Below, piece by piece: positions 1 through 10,012 of a DNA stretch of 64,000 nt. A program made the position numbers and the translations under genes. Source of the DNA: a virus (lineage: Duplodnaviria; Caudoviricetes); the IMG/VR virus record IMGVR_UViG_3300020037_003256, positions 155,271 to 219,270 of that record; one strand, given 5' to 3'. The notes under the pieces were generated by a model, which was not told where the DNA came from, did not search any database, and was given only the letters and a program-made list of their open reading frames with translations. Each line of letters starts with the position of its first letter. Positions within the stretch are counted from its first letter, which is position 1.

Positions 1-385
1 TCTCTCGCAGCTCTTCCGGTACAACCTTTCCTTTCTTAACCGTAGAGTCCGCTAAAACATTACCGTCCAGTTGGTTTAGGAAGTCCCTAAAGTTCTCTCG
101 AATAGCCAAGCAGTTTTGGTTGAAACAAGTAGCAACGAACAATATAGGACGACCCAAAGCGTCTCGCTTTCCGAAGCGATGGTTCACGTACAGACGGTAT
201 CGCGTGTCTCGGCAGTAAGGGCAACAGACCTGGTAATACTCTCCTGTATGTTGAATCGCTAGCATTGGCTGATCGTCGAGATCTTGCACAGCCCGACTTA
301 TCATAGCCTCGCCTTGGTTAGATACCTTGACGTGGCCAAAGCTTGCGCCGAGTCGCCGAAAAAGCGACTGATTTAGAACGTTCAT
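1..385 (-). CDS. DNA primase, N-terminal zinc-binding part (runs off window)
   Basis: Manual translation from ATG 385: MNVLNQSLFRRLG...GEYYQVCCPYCRDTRYRLYVNH...TCFNQNC. CPxC..H..C zinc-binding pattern; directly follows the DnaB-like helicase. Confidence 0.7.
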   Translation of the reverse strand, partial: MNVLNQSLFRRLGASFGHVKVSNQGEAMISRAVQDLDDQPMLAIQHTGEYYQVCCPYCRDTRYRLYVNHRFGKRDALGRPILFVATCFNQNCLAIRENFRDFLNQLDGNVLADSTVKKGKVVPEELRE

Positions 386-395
386 AAAACCTCAA

Positions 396-2084
396 CTAAA
401 TTGAGTCTGCAGGCTCTAGCAGTCCTGAAAACGTGGAAGGTTTAGATGAACCTGTCGGCATAGACTTTGTCGAGTTCATTTCGTCTTTAGATATGATAAT
501 TCGACGACCCGGCTCTATGCCGTGCGTCTTAGAGCAGTCGATCAGGCGAGAAAATTCACCGTGTACCCGGATGATACGATGAGCCGTTGGCGGTTCGCGT
601 CGATGCTTCGTGGCCTCCCAAACGCACATTAGGTTCTCATCCGTCTTACCCGATACTACGCAAAAGTTCGCGTACTTACCTAGACTCTTAGACCCTTCTG
701 CGTCGGAGTGGTGCAGTTTAGCTGTAGGGCTCTTATTCTGCATGGCCCCAGCAAACTGGTGCATAAGACCTACGGGACACCGTAAATAGTTTCCAATATC
801 TTCGACCGCAATACGTGGCATGTTAGTCAGGATCTTACGCTGCACACTTTCGTCCATCTCGCCCATCCGGTCGACAAGCCCGGAAAGGTGATCTACCCAG
901 ATCATAATGGGATAGAGCATTGGTTTCTTGCGGAAGATACCACGAACGACGTTTGCCAGTTCAGCCATACCACCTGTACCGATCTTGTACGGGTTATCCT
1001 CGGCGTTCGTGCAATCGATGAGTAGCAGATGTTTATTTGCTACAGTCATCACTTCTTTTACACGCTTCCGCTCGTTCTTCCACGAAAACCCTTCTTTGTC
1101 CGTGGCTAGTTTATCTTTGAACTCTTCTAGCTCGTATTTGGTTGACGCCTTAGCCCCAGGATGGCTGCTGTCGTCCAGATCTTTCAGCGACGTCATTTCC
1201 CGTAACTTCTTCCACGGAACACGAGCAAGATTAGCCATTAACCGGTTACGGTATTCGGCTTTGTCTGACTCCGTGAAGCACAGAACCACAACAGGAATTA
1301 GCGGTTCGTTCTTCGCGTTACGCCGAGACTTTCCAGTTACGTAAATTTGCGCCGCATGAAGAATCAACTCTGCGGTACTATCGCACGCGGTAACGGTCTT
1401 ACACGAACCGTACGGAGCCATGAACAGCAAACACTCCCCTGGCATTAGACCGCCACCCGTTAAGGCATCAAGAGCCGAAACGCCAGTTGTAGTAATTTGA
1501 TTGTCTTTGCGTTCGTCCCAGCCCTCAGGAAAAGGAACGCCTAAATCGATTTCAGTGATGCTACGTGTAAGATCCAGCTTTTTCTGCGCTGTACCCAGTA
1601 GCTCATTGATATTGGTCGGAAGCGTGCCGTCTGCTTGTAACTTTTCAGCAAGTTCTTCCGTTATGAGTTCTTCTAATACTTCCTTACACGTGTCTACGGC
1701 CACACGCATAACGTTTTTGTTTTTGCTGATCTTCTTTCCGTGCGAAACGTCGTCCCAGGCAAAGTCCAAGAAACGATCCAGCTCTTCTCGTTCTCCGTCT
1801 GTTGTTAACTTGTCGTTCGCCGTGACTGCCTCGTGCAGTAGGCTTTCCAGTTGTGTCTTACTTGGAAGCTCACTGTATTTCTTGTGAAACTTCCGCACTT
1901 CTCGCCATAGCAGAGCATAATGCTCACCCATGGCTTTACGGCAATCCGTCACTTTAAACATTTCTGCGACTGTACTGAACGCATCGCGGTTCCGTATGAA
2001 TACGGCTAGCATTTCCTCCTTCTTAGCACTTCCGATCGGAACGCGACGTTCTGCCTCGTTATTTTTACTTTGACCCTGTGGCAT
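396..2084 (-). CDS. Replicative DnaB/RecA-fold (SF4-like) DNA helicase
   Basis: ITTTGVSALDALTGGGLMPGE, Walker A APYGSCKT, WVDHL Walker B-like, HQF motif, KHRR arginine finger. Confidence 0.8.
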   Translation of the reverse strand: MPQGQSKNNEAERRVPIGSAKKEEMLAVFIRNRDAFSTVAEMFKVTDCRKAMGEHYALLWREVRKFHKKYSELPSKTQLESLLHEAVTANDKLTTDGEREELDRFLDFAWDDVSHGKKISKNKNVMRVAVDTCKEVLEELITEELAEKLQADGTLPTNINELLGTAQKKLDLTRSITEIDLGVPFPEGWDERKDNQITTTGVSALDALTGGGLMPGECLLFMAPYGSCKTVTACDSTAELILHAAQIYVTGKSRRNAKNEPLIPVVVLCFTESDKAEYRNRLMANLARVPWKKLREMTSLKDLDDSSHPGAKASTKYELEEFKDKLATDKEGFSWKNERKRVKEVMTVANKHLLLIDCTNAEDNPYKIGTGGMAELANVVRGIFRKKPMLYPIMIWVDHLSGLVDRMGEMDESVQRKILTNMPRIAVEDIGNYLRCPVGLMHQFAGAMQNKSPTAKLHHSDAEGSKSLGKYANFCVVSGKTDENLMCVWEATKHRREPPTAHRIIRVHGEFSRLIDCSKTHGIEPGRRIIISKDEMNSTKSMPTGSSKPSTFSGLLEPADSI

Positions 2085-2094
2085 TAGTCACCTC

Positions 2095-2895
2095 TCAACT
2101 TTTACGTTCTGCCCAAAACTTCGCAAGAAGTATCGGATACAACGCTTTGCTTTGTTTCGAGAATCCCGGAGGAAGTACCGCTTTCCAGTGCCGTCTATAG
2201 AATCGGCGAGAAGACTCAAACTGCATAACGGCTTCAGGCAACAATCTGCGAGCAAGCCTACTGACATTACGTGTACCACCCGCCGAAGCAAGGCAGTAAC
2301 GAAACAACGGACTGAGCCCCAAAGCTGCACCATCGGCTATTACGTAGATCTGCGCAAATTCCTCCGAGTCTTCGTACACCATCTTTCGCACAGAGTAGTG
2401 TCGAGAAGCAATGTCTTTCTCGATTGACAGCTCTAACGCTACTTCTGCGTCTCGCTTCCCCTGTAGCTCATTCCACTTCGCAAAGTAAACATCACCTAGG
2501 AGTTGTGCAGGCTCAGGTGCACGCAAACGCTCCAATTTCAATAGCTTGAAACACTGCCGCACATACTCTTCTGGGTTTATCTTACGCGCCTCGCACCAGT
2601 CTACGATTCGTTGCCACACAGACGTCTTGGCTTTAACCACGGTAGTTTCAGCAGATTCGATCCCGTCGATATAAACGGCACCTCTGCCGTCATACGACCG
2701 CGGCGGCACATACGTGACCAACTTGCCTACCTTCAGTGTTTCCCACCTCCCTCGCTCTTGCATGTAGATTGTTTTAACCCGCCACGCCTTGATCGATTGA
2801 ACATCGACCTCGTTAGTTTCCGGTACAGGCACGCGTTCCGCGTTTGCCGGTACGAACCCTGTTGGCCTGGTTTTAGGACATAGCTTCTTCTTCAT
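2095..2895 (-). CDS. Hypothetical protein in replication module
   Basis: ORF between two helicases; start moved to ATG 2895, which has GGAG 6 nt upstream. Confidence 0.6.
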   Translation of the reverse strand: MKKKLCPKTRPTGFVPANAERVPVPETNEVDVQSIKAWRVKTIYMQERGRWETLKVGKLVTYVPPRSYDGRGAVYIDGIESAETTVVKAKTSVWQRIVDWCEARKINPEEYVRQCFKLLKLERLRAPEPAQLLGDVYFAKWNELQGKRDAEVALELSIEKDIASRHYSVRKMVYEDSEEFAQIYVIADGAALGLSPLFRYCLASAGGTRNVSRLARRLLPEAVMQFESSRRFYRRHWKAVLPPGFSKQSKALYPILLAKFWAERKS

Positions 2896-2908
2896 TGGAA
2901 GCTCCATT

Positions 2909-4456
2909 TCAACTTCTATGTCTTCGCGATCTCTTTTCCGGGAATTTTTGTACCCATTTATTTTTAGCATAATTCCTGCCACGTCCATTTGCTTTTCTGT
3001 GGGACGGTGGGTCGAACTGGTCCAGATAATCATGAACACGCCCCACAAACTTTTCTTTAGCTCCTTTTGCTATATCCTCTGCCTTTTTCTTGCGGCTGTT
3101 ACGCCCAGGTATCTGCGTGTCGTTGATAGACGAGCCGCCGCCATCACCACGAATCAGCACTTCTAGGTGTCGGAAGTCTACACCAACGTTCCACACCGTA
3201 TTTGCAATCACTTTCTTATCCAGCCCTTTGGTGAACCGTCTGGCGCGCTTGTCTAGCTTCTCCCGCGTCATATCGACCCACTGGTCCGGGAAGTCACGAC
3301 GAAACTTCGCCAGGGCTTTCTCTGATAGGCTCTGACCGGAATACGCTACTTTGTACTCCGGCAAAAGCTTAGCTAAATGCAGTACATGTTCAATCGTCTC
3401 TACCGTTATTAAGACTTGTGTGTCCGGTCCGTACTTTCTTGCGTCGGCTGCGATTAAAGAGTTGCGGTATTCGTTGGTCCAAATAGCCAGACGCTTTCGT
3501 TCCGTGTTGTCCGTAACGCCACTGGCTGGGTTATGATCCATAATGACGTCGGTCCAATGTACTTCGATTGGAACAACGATTCCGTGTTCAACGCCTTCCT
3601 CGTAAGACACACGTACGCGGATTGGTCCAAATATCGCTAAGCCGCGTAGGTCCTTATTGTCCAAACGCTGATCCCACGACGCAGAGAAGGCCCACATACG
3701 CGCATGCTCATACCTCGCGAGACCCTCAGCAAACTTATCGGCACAGGCCTCGTGCCCTTCATCCACAAACACGAAATCCGCATTAGGCCTTCCGTAGTGA
3801 ATACTGTCCGCGGACAAGCACATGACCCGCTTGCCAAGTATTTTCTTGCCGCCACCGACTATACCGACAGACGGCAGATTCATAGCCAGTTCGGGGTACA
3901 GGCGAGTATGCAAGATTGGAATTCGTTTGGTGACTACGTCGATAGTTGCTGTAGGGAACAGCATAGCCGCAAGCATGATTTGAGTACCCTTACCCCAACC
4001 CGTGTGGCAATCAATTCGCCCGTTGGGATAATCCACCATCGCCTGTAATGCTTCTTTCTGCTTATAGCGATACTTGAACCCGTCTTTCACAAGTTCGTCT
4101 AACCGGGACCAGTCCGGTTTATAAACCGTATTCAGCCGGTGTTTGTGTTGTAATTTTTCCGCCTTAGTTGCCCAGCGGACTTTTACTTCGTAACCACGGC
4201 TCTCCAGTTTCTCTTTTATCAACTCACAAAAACCGAAGGACGTAGCTACCCGTTCCTTGTGGTCATTACCGTAGCATTCCCACTCCACCAACTCCTGCGT
4301 AGGTAAGTTCAACTTGACACGCCGTGCCCGTTCATACCCGCGATAGAACACACGCTCAGAATACGTCAAATGCGGTGTAATGGTATCTCGGACACGGTCT
4401 GTCGTCGGAGAGACGACAATACGATTCCCAGACCGCAGTAGCTGTATCTGCTCCAT
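2909..4456 (-). CDS. Superfamily 2 DNA helicase (UvsW/Res-like)
   Basis: YKQ Q-motif, HTGWGKGT, DEGH, SAS, GVDF and QIPGRNSR motifs. Confidence 0.85.
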   Translation of the reverse strand: MEQIQLLRSGNRIVVSPTTDRVRDTITPHLTYSERVFYRGYERARRVKLNLPTQELVEWECYGNDHKERVATSFGFCELIKEKLESRGYEVKVRWATKAEKLQHKHRLNTVYKPDWSRLDELVKDGFKYRYKQKEALQAMVDYPNGRIDCHTGWGKGTQIMLAAMLFPTATIDVVTKRIPILHTRLYPELAMNLPSVGIVGGGKKILGKRVMCLSADSIHYGRPNADFVFVDEGHEACADKFAEGLARYEHARMWAFSASWDQRLDNKDLRGLAIFGPIRVRVSYEEGVEHGIVVPIEVHWTDVIMDHNPASGVTDNTERKRLAIWTNEYRNSLIAADARKYGPDTQVLITVETIEHVLHLAKLLPEYKVAYSGQSLSEKALAKFRRDFPDQWVDMTREKLDKRARRFTKGLDKKVIANTVWNVGVDFRHLEVLIRGDGGGSSINDTQIPGRNSRKKKAEDIAKGAKEKFVGRVHDYLDQFDPPSHRKANGRGRNYAKNKWVQKFPEKRSRRHRS

Positions 4457-4482
4457 GAGTGCTCCTATTTTCAGGCTATCGC

Positions 4483-4971
4483 TTAGTCAGCACATGCGTT
4501 CGGATTACGGCGTGGCCGTATGCTGACTACATCGAAATGTCCGTATTCTATTGGCTTTGCCGGACTCAGTCCGCGATACTGTCCGGCAATTCGCATAAGC
4601 TCCCAAAAGGCGTCGTCAGATATGTTTTCCGGAACTACGCAGTTCAGTCCGATGATGTGTCCAGGTGGAAAGGCTTCATGCAGTACAAACCGTTGCTTTC
4701 GTGTGCCCGCTACTGCGTAATACCGGCGATACCAACTACCCGCAGGCACAACGCCATCTACAGCAACATCCCAATGTATCGCTTTAACCGTGTCTTGATG
4801 TCGTCCAAGAAGTTGTGCAGCGAACCGCAAGTTAGACAGATGCCATGTCGGGAGAAACATAATCGTGCCAGTGGTTGGGTTCCTCGCGAACTCAAAACGA
4901 CCCGTCTTCTGTACTTTCACGTTGCCTAGCGAATGCTTCGTAAACTGAATCCGTACCGTCAGTTCTCGCAC
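4483..4971 (-). CDS. Putative RAMP/Cas7-like fold protein
   Basis: GTG start with GAGGGG SD. N-terminal strand ELTVRIQFTKHSLG; C-terminal HEAFPPG...AGQYRGLSPAKPIEYGHFDV resembles the RAMP G-rich loop. Confidence 0.5.
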   Translation of the reverse strand: MRELTVRIQFTKHSLGNVKVQKTGRFEFARNPTTGTIMFLPTWHLSNLRFAAQLLGRHQDTVKAIHWDVAVDGVVPAGSWYRRYYAVAGTRKQRFVLHEAFPPGHIIGLNCVVPENISDDAFWELMRIAGQYRGLSPAKPIEYGHFDVVSIRPRRNPNACAD

Positions 4972-4972
4972 G

Positions 4973-5878
4973 TCATAACCCCTCAATGTGTTGTTTAAAA
5001 GCTTGCGAGACAGTTTCGTCCCTGAAAAACCGCAGCGCATCGAACGTCACTTCTGGGTGGTAAGGTTGCACAGTCTGTAACCAGACGCGAACGATCAAAT
5101 CAACGAAGGCCTTCGTGCCTTTCAGCAAGGCCTTCTCTGTGGGCAAATTACGAACATACTCTGCCAAGAAGTCTCCCGGGGCGTCTGACCCGAAATCCAG
5201 TTTGTCGTTATACCAGGTATGTACGGCATTACAGGCGGCTTCGTACCGGTATCCTGGCCGACTTCCGGTCACCATTGCGGCCATATTCTCTTCCGTGAGG
5301 CCCAGACGTCGATACAGCCTTCCAAACCGATCGCACCGACTTTCGTGCAGGTACCAACGCGGGTCGATTATATCGCGTATTAGGCTGCAAAGCTTAGTAA
5401 CCTCTAACGAGTTTACAAATGTGCTTGGTTTCCAAACCGGATGGTAGTGCACAACCGCTCGGTCTTTGTGTGGGGTGTAAAGCATTACATAGCTGACGTA
5501 ATCCGAATTCCGCATAGCATGTGCGCGACCGTATAAGCGTCCCGTATCTGTAACACTCCACGTAGCATCCAGTACGGCTTCAGGATCGTCTAAGTCAGAC
5601 ACGATCCGTGGGCTGTACACAAGCAACTGCGTACCTTTAAGTCGCTTTTGCACCACTTTCAGCTCGAACAACCGCACAAGTAGTTCTGCGTTTGCGGGAG
5701 TACCGACAACACGGATTACCTGTACGGAGTCTAGTTCCTGTAACATGCGTTTATTCAGCAACAAACGTGTTGGAGGTAAACGCGTGTCGTACCTCAGCGA
5801 ATCTGCACCGAACCATACGGTACCGGCAGGTCCCGTATGTAGGCGAATAACTAGGTCTGTGCAGCTGGCCAAGTTCAC
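4973..5878 (-). CDS. Hypothetical protein with degenerate IS110 C-terminal (Transposase_20/Nop-like) segment
   Basis: HPVWKPSTFVNSLEVTKLCSLIRDIIDPRWY...RLYRRLGLT parallels the IS110 pattern IPGIG...LLAEIGDxxRF...LxAYxGL. No SSG catalytic loop. Confidence 0.4.
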   Translation of the reverse strand: MNLASCTDLVIRLHTGPAGTVWFGADSLRYDTRLPPTRLLLNKRMLQELDSVQVIRVVGTPANAELLVRLFELKVVQKRLKGTQLLVYSPRIVSDLDDPEAVLDATWSVTDTGRLYGRAHAMRNSDYVSYVMLYTPHKDRAVVHYHPVWKPSTFVNSLEVTKLCSLIRDIIDPRWYLHESRCDRFGRLYRRLGLTEENMAAMVTGSRPGYRYEAACNAVHTWYNDKLDFGSDAPGDFLAEYVRNLPTEKALLKGTKAFVDLIVRVWLQTVQPYHPEVTFDALRFFRDETVSQAFKQHIEGL

Positions 5879-5879
5879 G

Positions 5880-8021
5880 TTAGCCTCCTAGATCGATTAC
5901 CTGGTCAAACGCGTTTCTTAGGTCCGAATCGTGTGTGACCATAATCAACTGCCGGTTGTCTCGCACTTTAGCGGTCATAGCGGATAAAGCATCACGAAGC
6001 ATTTTACGGTTGTCGCTGTCTAAATTGGCTGTAGGCTCGTCGAGCACAAGCATACCTAACTCCCCACTCCACAGCGAGGCCACTGAGGCCCAAAAAGCAA
6101 CGGATAGCACGACACGCTGCCCTGTGCTTAAGCGATTAGCCGATTGCGGGGGTTCGCCCGGTTTGGAGACTATAAAGGACAAATCCTCACCGACTTCGAC
6201 CGAAAAAGGATCGCCGAAGAAACCCAGATGCTCGTTAATATCTCCTTCCATTCGCAGCATGTTGCTATGGGCCACGCGTCTTGGTAAACAAGCACGATGT
6301 AGTACTTCTCGAGCGCGTTCTATAATCTTAACCATTTGCCGAATCTTTTTTGTGCGACGTAGTTGTTCTTTCAGTCGCTTGAGATCCGCCTTGTTCTTGT
6401 CAATACACCGCTGAACGCCAGAGATTTTACCTTCCAAAGTGTTCACCGCGGCTGTTGCGTTTTCGTGCTCGCTCAAACGCCTGCGGGCCTTCTCTAATTT
6501 CTCCGGATCTACCGTACACGTCGCAATCGTTTCGGTTACCTCCTTCAATTGCTGTTCCAGTTGTTTGTGTTCTGTAAGTGCCACGGCTTCCGTTTTGGAA
6601 AGCTCTACAGCGCGTTTTCTCTTGGCGTCCACTTCTCGCTGCAAAGCCTGATACGCCTGAAACCATTCTTGCAGCTCGTCTTTATCTTTCTTCGGTTGCT
6701 CTACGACTTCCAGACGAGCTAGCTCTTTCGCGACCGCTTGCGTACATGCGGTATATTCTTGCTGGGCTCTTTCGTACGCTTCCAAATCTGCGTAATAGGT
6801 CTCTATGGTTTTGACTTTATCTGCCAGTCGCTTTATCTCGCCTGGAAGTGACGCGACTTGCGTTTGCAACGTCTCTAAGTAGTCCGTAAGCAGATCTACA
6901 GGAGTACGGCATGTCGGACATTCGACCGTGCCACTAGCTTGCAACGTCTCCAGCGTCTTGGTCGCGTTTGCAAGTTCGATCTCTGCTTTCGCTAGACGTT
7001 TTCTACCGATCGCTAGCTTTTCTGTGTCTTCCGGCTGCACCGGTTTCACTCTTGTTGTCAGATCGGCAGACAATTCAGCTAGCTCGTCTTCTAGCTGCTT
7101 CTTGCGCTTTATGTATGTCGCGTAATCTTTGCATTGCGTGAGCTGCTTTCGCCGTGTTTCTACGCGTTCCTCCTTTTTGTTCAAAGCAGTTAACGCCGCG
7201 TCAAACGCATTAGTGGCTTCAGCGGAGTCGTGACTTACCTTGCGTAAAGCATTTGCCGCTGCGGCTACTTGTGCTTCAAGTTGCGTACGTTTATTCTCCG
7301 CTTCACTGCGTTTTAAGTCTGCAGCAATAAGTTCGCTGTACTTTACACGGAACTTATCGTTACACAGCTTAGCTGCCGCTTCTTCTTTCTGCTTCTCCAG
7401 CTCCGCTAGTTCTTCAGTAAAAGCGGTCAACTCGGTAGACAACGTATCTGAGTTATCCACTACCTCTGCGTGTACTTCTCGATCTTTATTTAGGTAGTCC
7501 CCTAGTTGCACCCACAGCTCTTCGCAGATTTCTGTTCGACACAGAACTTGGTATGCCTTTGCTTTAGCACTAGGTATAGCCGAGATGAAATCGTAGATCT
7601 TGTCGTGTTCTTTAAACACGTAGAGATCCAGCATCTTTGCATCTACACCCAACCGGTTATTCAGTTCTTCTTGAATCTTATTTGCGTCTGTTAACCGCAC
7701 GTCGTTAACAGACAGCACGTTACCTGGTTTTGCTTTCGTGGGTTTAAAATTCCTGGTGATGTTTAAGACCTGACCGTTGTGGCAAACCTGCCCTTCGATA
7801 TAAGACTCGCTCCTATCTCCAGCCGTGTTGCGAACGATATCGGCTTTGAGTTCGCCGAATCTTTTAAAATCATTGGTGAGTAGCCCGTACATGAGATTTA
7901 TGAGCGTACTCTTACCTGCGCCGTTCTTACCGAAGACGCCTACGGACCCACGTTGTAGCTGCAAAGACAAGTCGCTAAACGGACCAACATTAACGGCCCT
8001 AAACTGTGAGATATACATCAC
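5880..8021 (-). CDS. sbcC: SbcC/Rad50-like SMC ATPase
   Basis: GKNGAGKST Walker A, coiled coils, CPTC zinc hook, LSTGQ signature, LDEPT Walker B, VTH. Confidence 0.92.
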   Translation of the reverse strand: MMYISQFRAVNVGPFSDLSLQLQRGSVGVFGKNGAGKSTLINLMYGLLTNDFKRFGELKADIVRNTAGDRSESYIEGQVCHNGQVLNITRNFKPTKAKPGNVLSVNDVRLTDANKIQEELNNRLGVDAKMLDLYVFKEHDKIYDFISAIPSAKAKAYQVLCRTEICEELWVQLGDYLNKDREVHAEVVDNSDTLSTELTAFTEELAELEKQKEEAAAKLCNDKFRVKYSELIAADLKRSEAENKRTQLEAQVAAAANALRKVSHDSAEATNAFDAALTALNKKEERVETRRKQLTQCKDYATYIKRKKQLEDELAELSADLTTRVKPVQPEDTEKLAIGRKRLAKAEIELANATKTLETLQASGTVECPTCRTPVDLLTDYLETLQTQVASLPGEIKRLADKVKTIETYYADLEAYERAQQEYTACTQAVAKELARLEVVEQPKKDKDELQEWFQAYQALQREVDAKRKRAVELSKTEAVALTEHKQLEQQLKEVTETIATCTVDPEKLEKARRRLSEHENATAAVNTLEGKISGVQRCIDKNKADLKRLKEQLRRTKKIRQMVKIIERAREVLHRACLPRRVAHSNMLRMEGDINEHLGFFGDPFSVEVGEDLSFIVSKPGEPPQSANRLSTGQRVVLSVAFWASVASLWSGELGMLVLDEPTANLDSDNRKMLRDALSAMTAKVRDNRQLIMVTHDSDLRNAFDQVIDLGG

Positions 8022-9124
8022 TGCTCTCCAAGAAATTCGCTACGCCATTTCGCGAATTCCACTTCTGGGTTGTTTGTCTGCAGTAAACGCGATACCAAGT
8101 CGTATGCTTGTGGCTCTTCCTCCTTGTTCAGTTCTTCCGGCAGTACCGACAATGGCGTTACTGCGTCTTGTTTACTTCGCTTCGCAGCAGCATAAGCTTT
8201 TACTTTTTCTTCGTTAGGTATCGCCTTGAAATGCAGGATACTGCGGGACTCTGCTATACGCCGAACCCGTCTGACCACGTCAGCCAGCTTCGCATGAAAA
8301 CTCACGCGTAAACGTGGTTTGTGCAGTGCTTGCGGTAGTTCGAGCTCGTTGGCTGCCTTCTCCGCTGCCGCCAACGTGTTTGACAGCTTAGATACGAACT
8401 CATTGACTTCCGCTTCCTGCGTTAACAATGAAGAATCAATCATCAGACGGGACTTTAATTTGTGCTTCGTAAAAGTACCGTCTGAATGGAACATCGCGTA
8501 ATGGTGTGAATCTGGCTCGGTAATATCCTGCTGCGTCGTCGCACCAGTACTCAACACAGCCATTAAGTTACCACCGGCATTTTTATGCGGTTCAAGTTTC
8601 CACGCATGTAAATCACCGGTCTGCATAAACTTGATATGTGCGGGCACCTGGGCAAAGCTTCCTTGCGGAGCGGCCCGTTCTCCCATCCAGTTGGACCAAA
8701 CTTGGTGCGCAACCAGAAACCTTACTTTCTCGGGTATCGCGTCCAGTTCTTGCTGCAACTTAGCGAACGGTTGCCAGTCCAACCCGTAAAAATGAAACCC
8801 ACCGTAGGTAACTATCTTCTTGTGGATATGCGTTGCATGATTGTGTGCACTTAACCACGGTGGGTCGTCGAAGTCATGCTGCCCCTGCGTATATAGGACA
8901 GCAACACCAGCTTCGGCGCATCGCTCAATTTGCTGGCATAAAAACGATATGGTTCTGGAACGGTTAGATTGTTTATCCAGCAAATCGCCAGCCAGCATAA
9001 CGTAATCGACAGCGTTATCTAGCGCTGCATCAATGAGCTGTACAAAAGCGTATTCTTCGTCCGGTTGTTTATTGCTCAAATGCGTATCGGACGCATGCAA
9101 ACCTAGCGGTCGTATTGTAGGCAT
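8018..9124 (-). CDS. sbcD: SbcD/Mre11-like metallophosphoesterase nuclease
   Basis: SDTHL, AGDLLD, GQHD, AHQ and GDLH motifs; overlaps sbcC by 4 bp. Confidence 0.88.
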   Translation of the reverse strand: MPTIRPLGLHASDTHLSNKQPDEEYAFVQLIDAALDNAVDYVMLAGDLLDKQSNRSRTISFLCQQIERCAEAGVAVLYTQGQHDFDDPPWLSAHNHATHIHKKIVTYGGFHFYGLDWQPFAKLQQELDAIPEKVRFLVAHQVWSNWMGERAAPQGSFAQVPAHIKFMQTGDLHAWKLEPHKNAGGNLMAVLSTGATTQQDITEPDSHHYAMFHSDGTFTKHKLKSRLMIDSSLLTQEAEVNEFVSKLSNTLAAAEKAANELELPQALHKPRLRVSFHAKLADVVRRVRRIAESRSILHFKAIPNEEKVKAYAAAKRSKQDAVTPLSVLPEELNKEEEPQAYDLVSRLLQTNNPEVEFAKWRSEFLGEQ

Positions 9125-9146
9125 TCTAAAATCCGTTTTTTAGAAT
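9123..9146 (-). promoter_or_regulatory. Conserved 24-bp dyad motif, copy 1
   Basis: attctaaaatccgttttttagaat; abuts the sbcD ATG and is preceded by a GC hairpin (9146-9171). Confidence 0.75.
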
Positions 9147-9189
9147 GGAGGTAGCGTTTTAGCCACCTCCACTGAAACTACGTTTCATA

Positions 9190-9432
9190 CTACGGTATGT
9201 CTTTCATCAAATGCCGGATCGCTCCGTGCAGCTGCTCCGTAGAAGCGGTTCGTGGAGAATAAGCGTTTTCTCCTTGTTTACAATCTCGGCAGCGAGCTAC
9301 ACGTAGCTTATCCGGGCTTACAAATAACCAGCAGCACTTAATGCACTGCCGAATACCGGGTTTTGCGGGTTCTACTCCCATGGCCAGCACCTCCTTGTGC
9401 GGCCATAATTTTGCCTTACACGTCTCCGACAT
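9190..9432 (-). CDS. Small zinc-finger protein
   Basis: CIKC...CRDC. Confidence 0.55.
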   Translation of the reverse strand: MSETCKAKLWPHKEVLAMGVEPAKPGIRQCIKCCWLFVSPDKLRVARCRDCKQGENAYSPRTASTEQLHGAIRHLMKDIP

Positions 9433-9441
9433 ACAAGACTA

Positions 9442-10011
9442 TTACGCGGAATGTTCTGCGGTTAAGTCTGCTTTTTGCTCCCTCGCTTTCAACATCGCCT
9501 CTCGTATCCATTCCCATACTTCCATAGCCTGCCCATCCCATTGTGCGATAAGTGCACCCGCAGCGTACAACTTGCTACGGGCCTCATCATTCACAAAGTT
9601 GTGGAATGTCTTTATGTCAAATGTAATGCGATTGCACGCAAGCTCCACAAACAACAGCTTTATAGCTGAGGCACAATCCACGTCCATCGGTATGGGTGGA
9701 TTAGTCGGCGTATATCTTGCAAGAAGCAGAAAAGCCAATCCCTGCAACATCTGTTTTACTTCGGGCGGTATTGCTTTTGCCGGTACCCTTTTCGGGTTTA
9801 GCGACTCCGCGAAATCGCTTTGTAAACACCAGTAAGTACTGAAAACAAGCCAGTACTTATAAGGTTGAACTTCTGGCTTATCCGGTTCGTACCAGAATTC
9901 ACCGTTCGACACTAAACGAACAATTTGCTTGCCTTCAGGGTCTGTCACCAGAATAGCTTCTGCCTGTAGCTCTTTCGCGTCTGGTTTACCCTCGGGAGAC
10001 GGGTGCCACAT
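9442..10011 (-). CDS. Hypothetical protein, paralogue of 10013..10822
   Basis: Shares W...P...SNG..WY and VDC..A.K.L.VEL segments with its neighbour. Confidence 0.7.
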   Translation of the reverse strand: MWHPSPEGKPDAKELQAEAILVTDPEGKQIVRLVSNGEFWYEPDKPEVQPYKYWLVFSTYWCLQSDFAESLNPKRVPAKAIPPEVKQMLQGLAFLLLARYTPTNPPIPMDVDCASAIKLLFVELACNRITFDIKTFHNFVNDEARSKLYAAGALIAQWDGQAMEVWEWIREAMLKAREQKADLTAEHSA

Positions 10012-10012
10012 A

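Noticed and set aside
4457-4482. Repeat/guide array next to the RAMP-like gene
   Set aside because: Only a 26-bp spacer with an SD; no repeats.
4973-5878. Active IS110 insertion sequence
   Set aside because: No recognisable DEDD or catalytic serine motif and no non-coding end; only 1 bp separates it from each neighbour.
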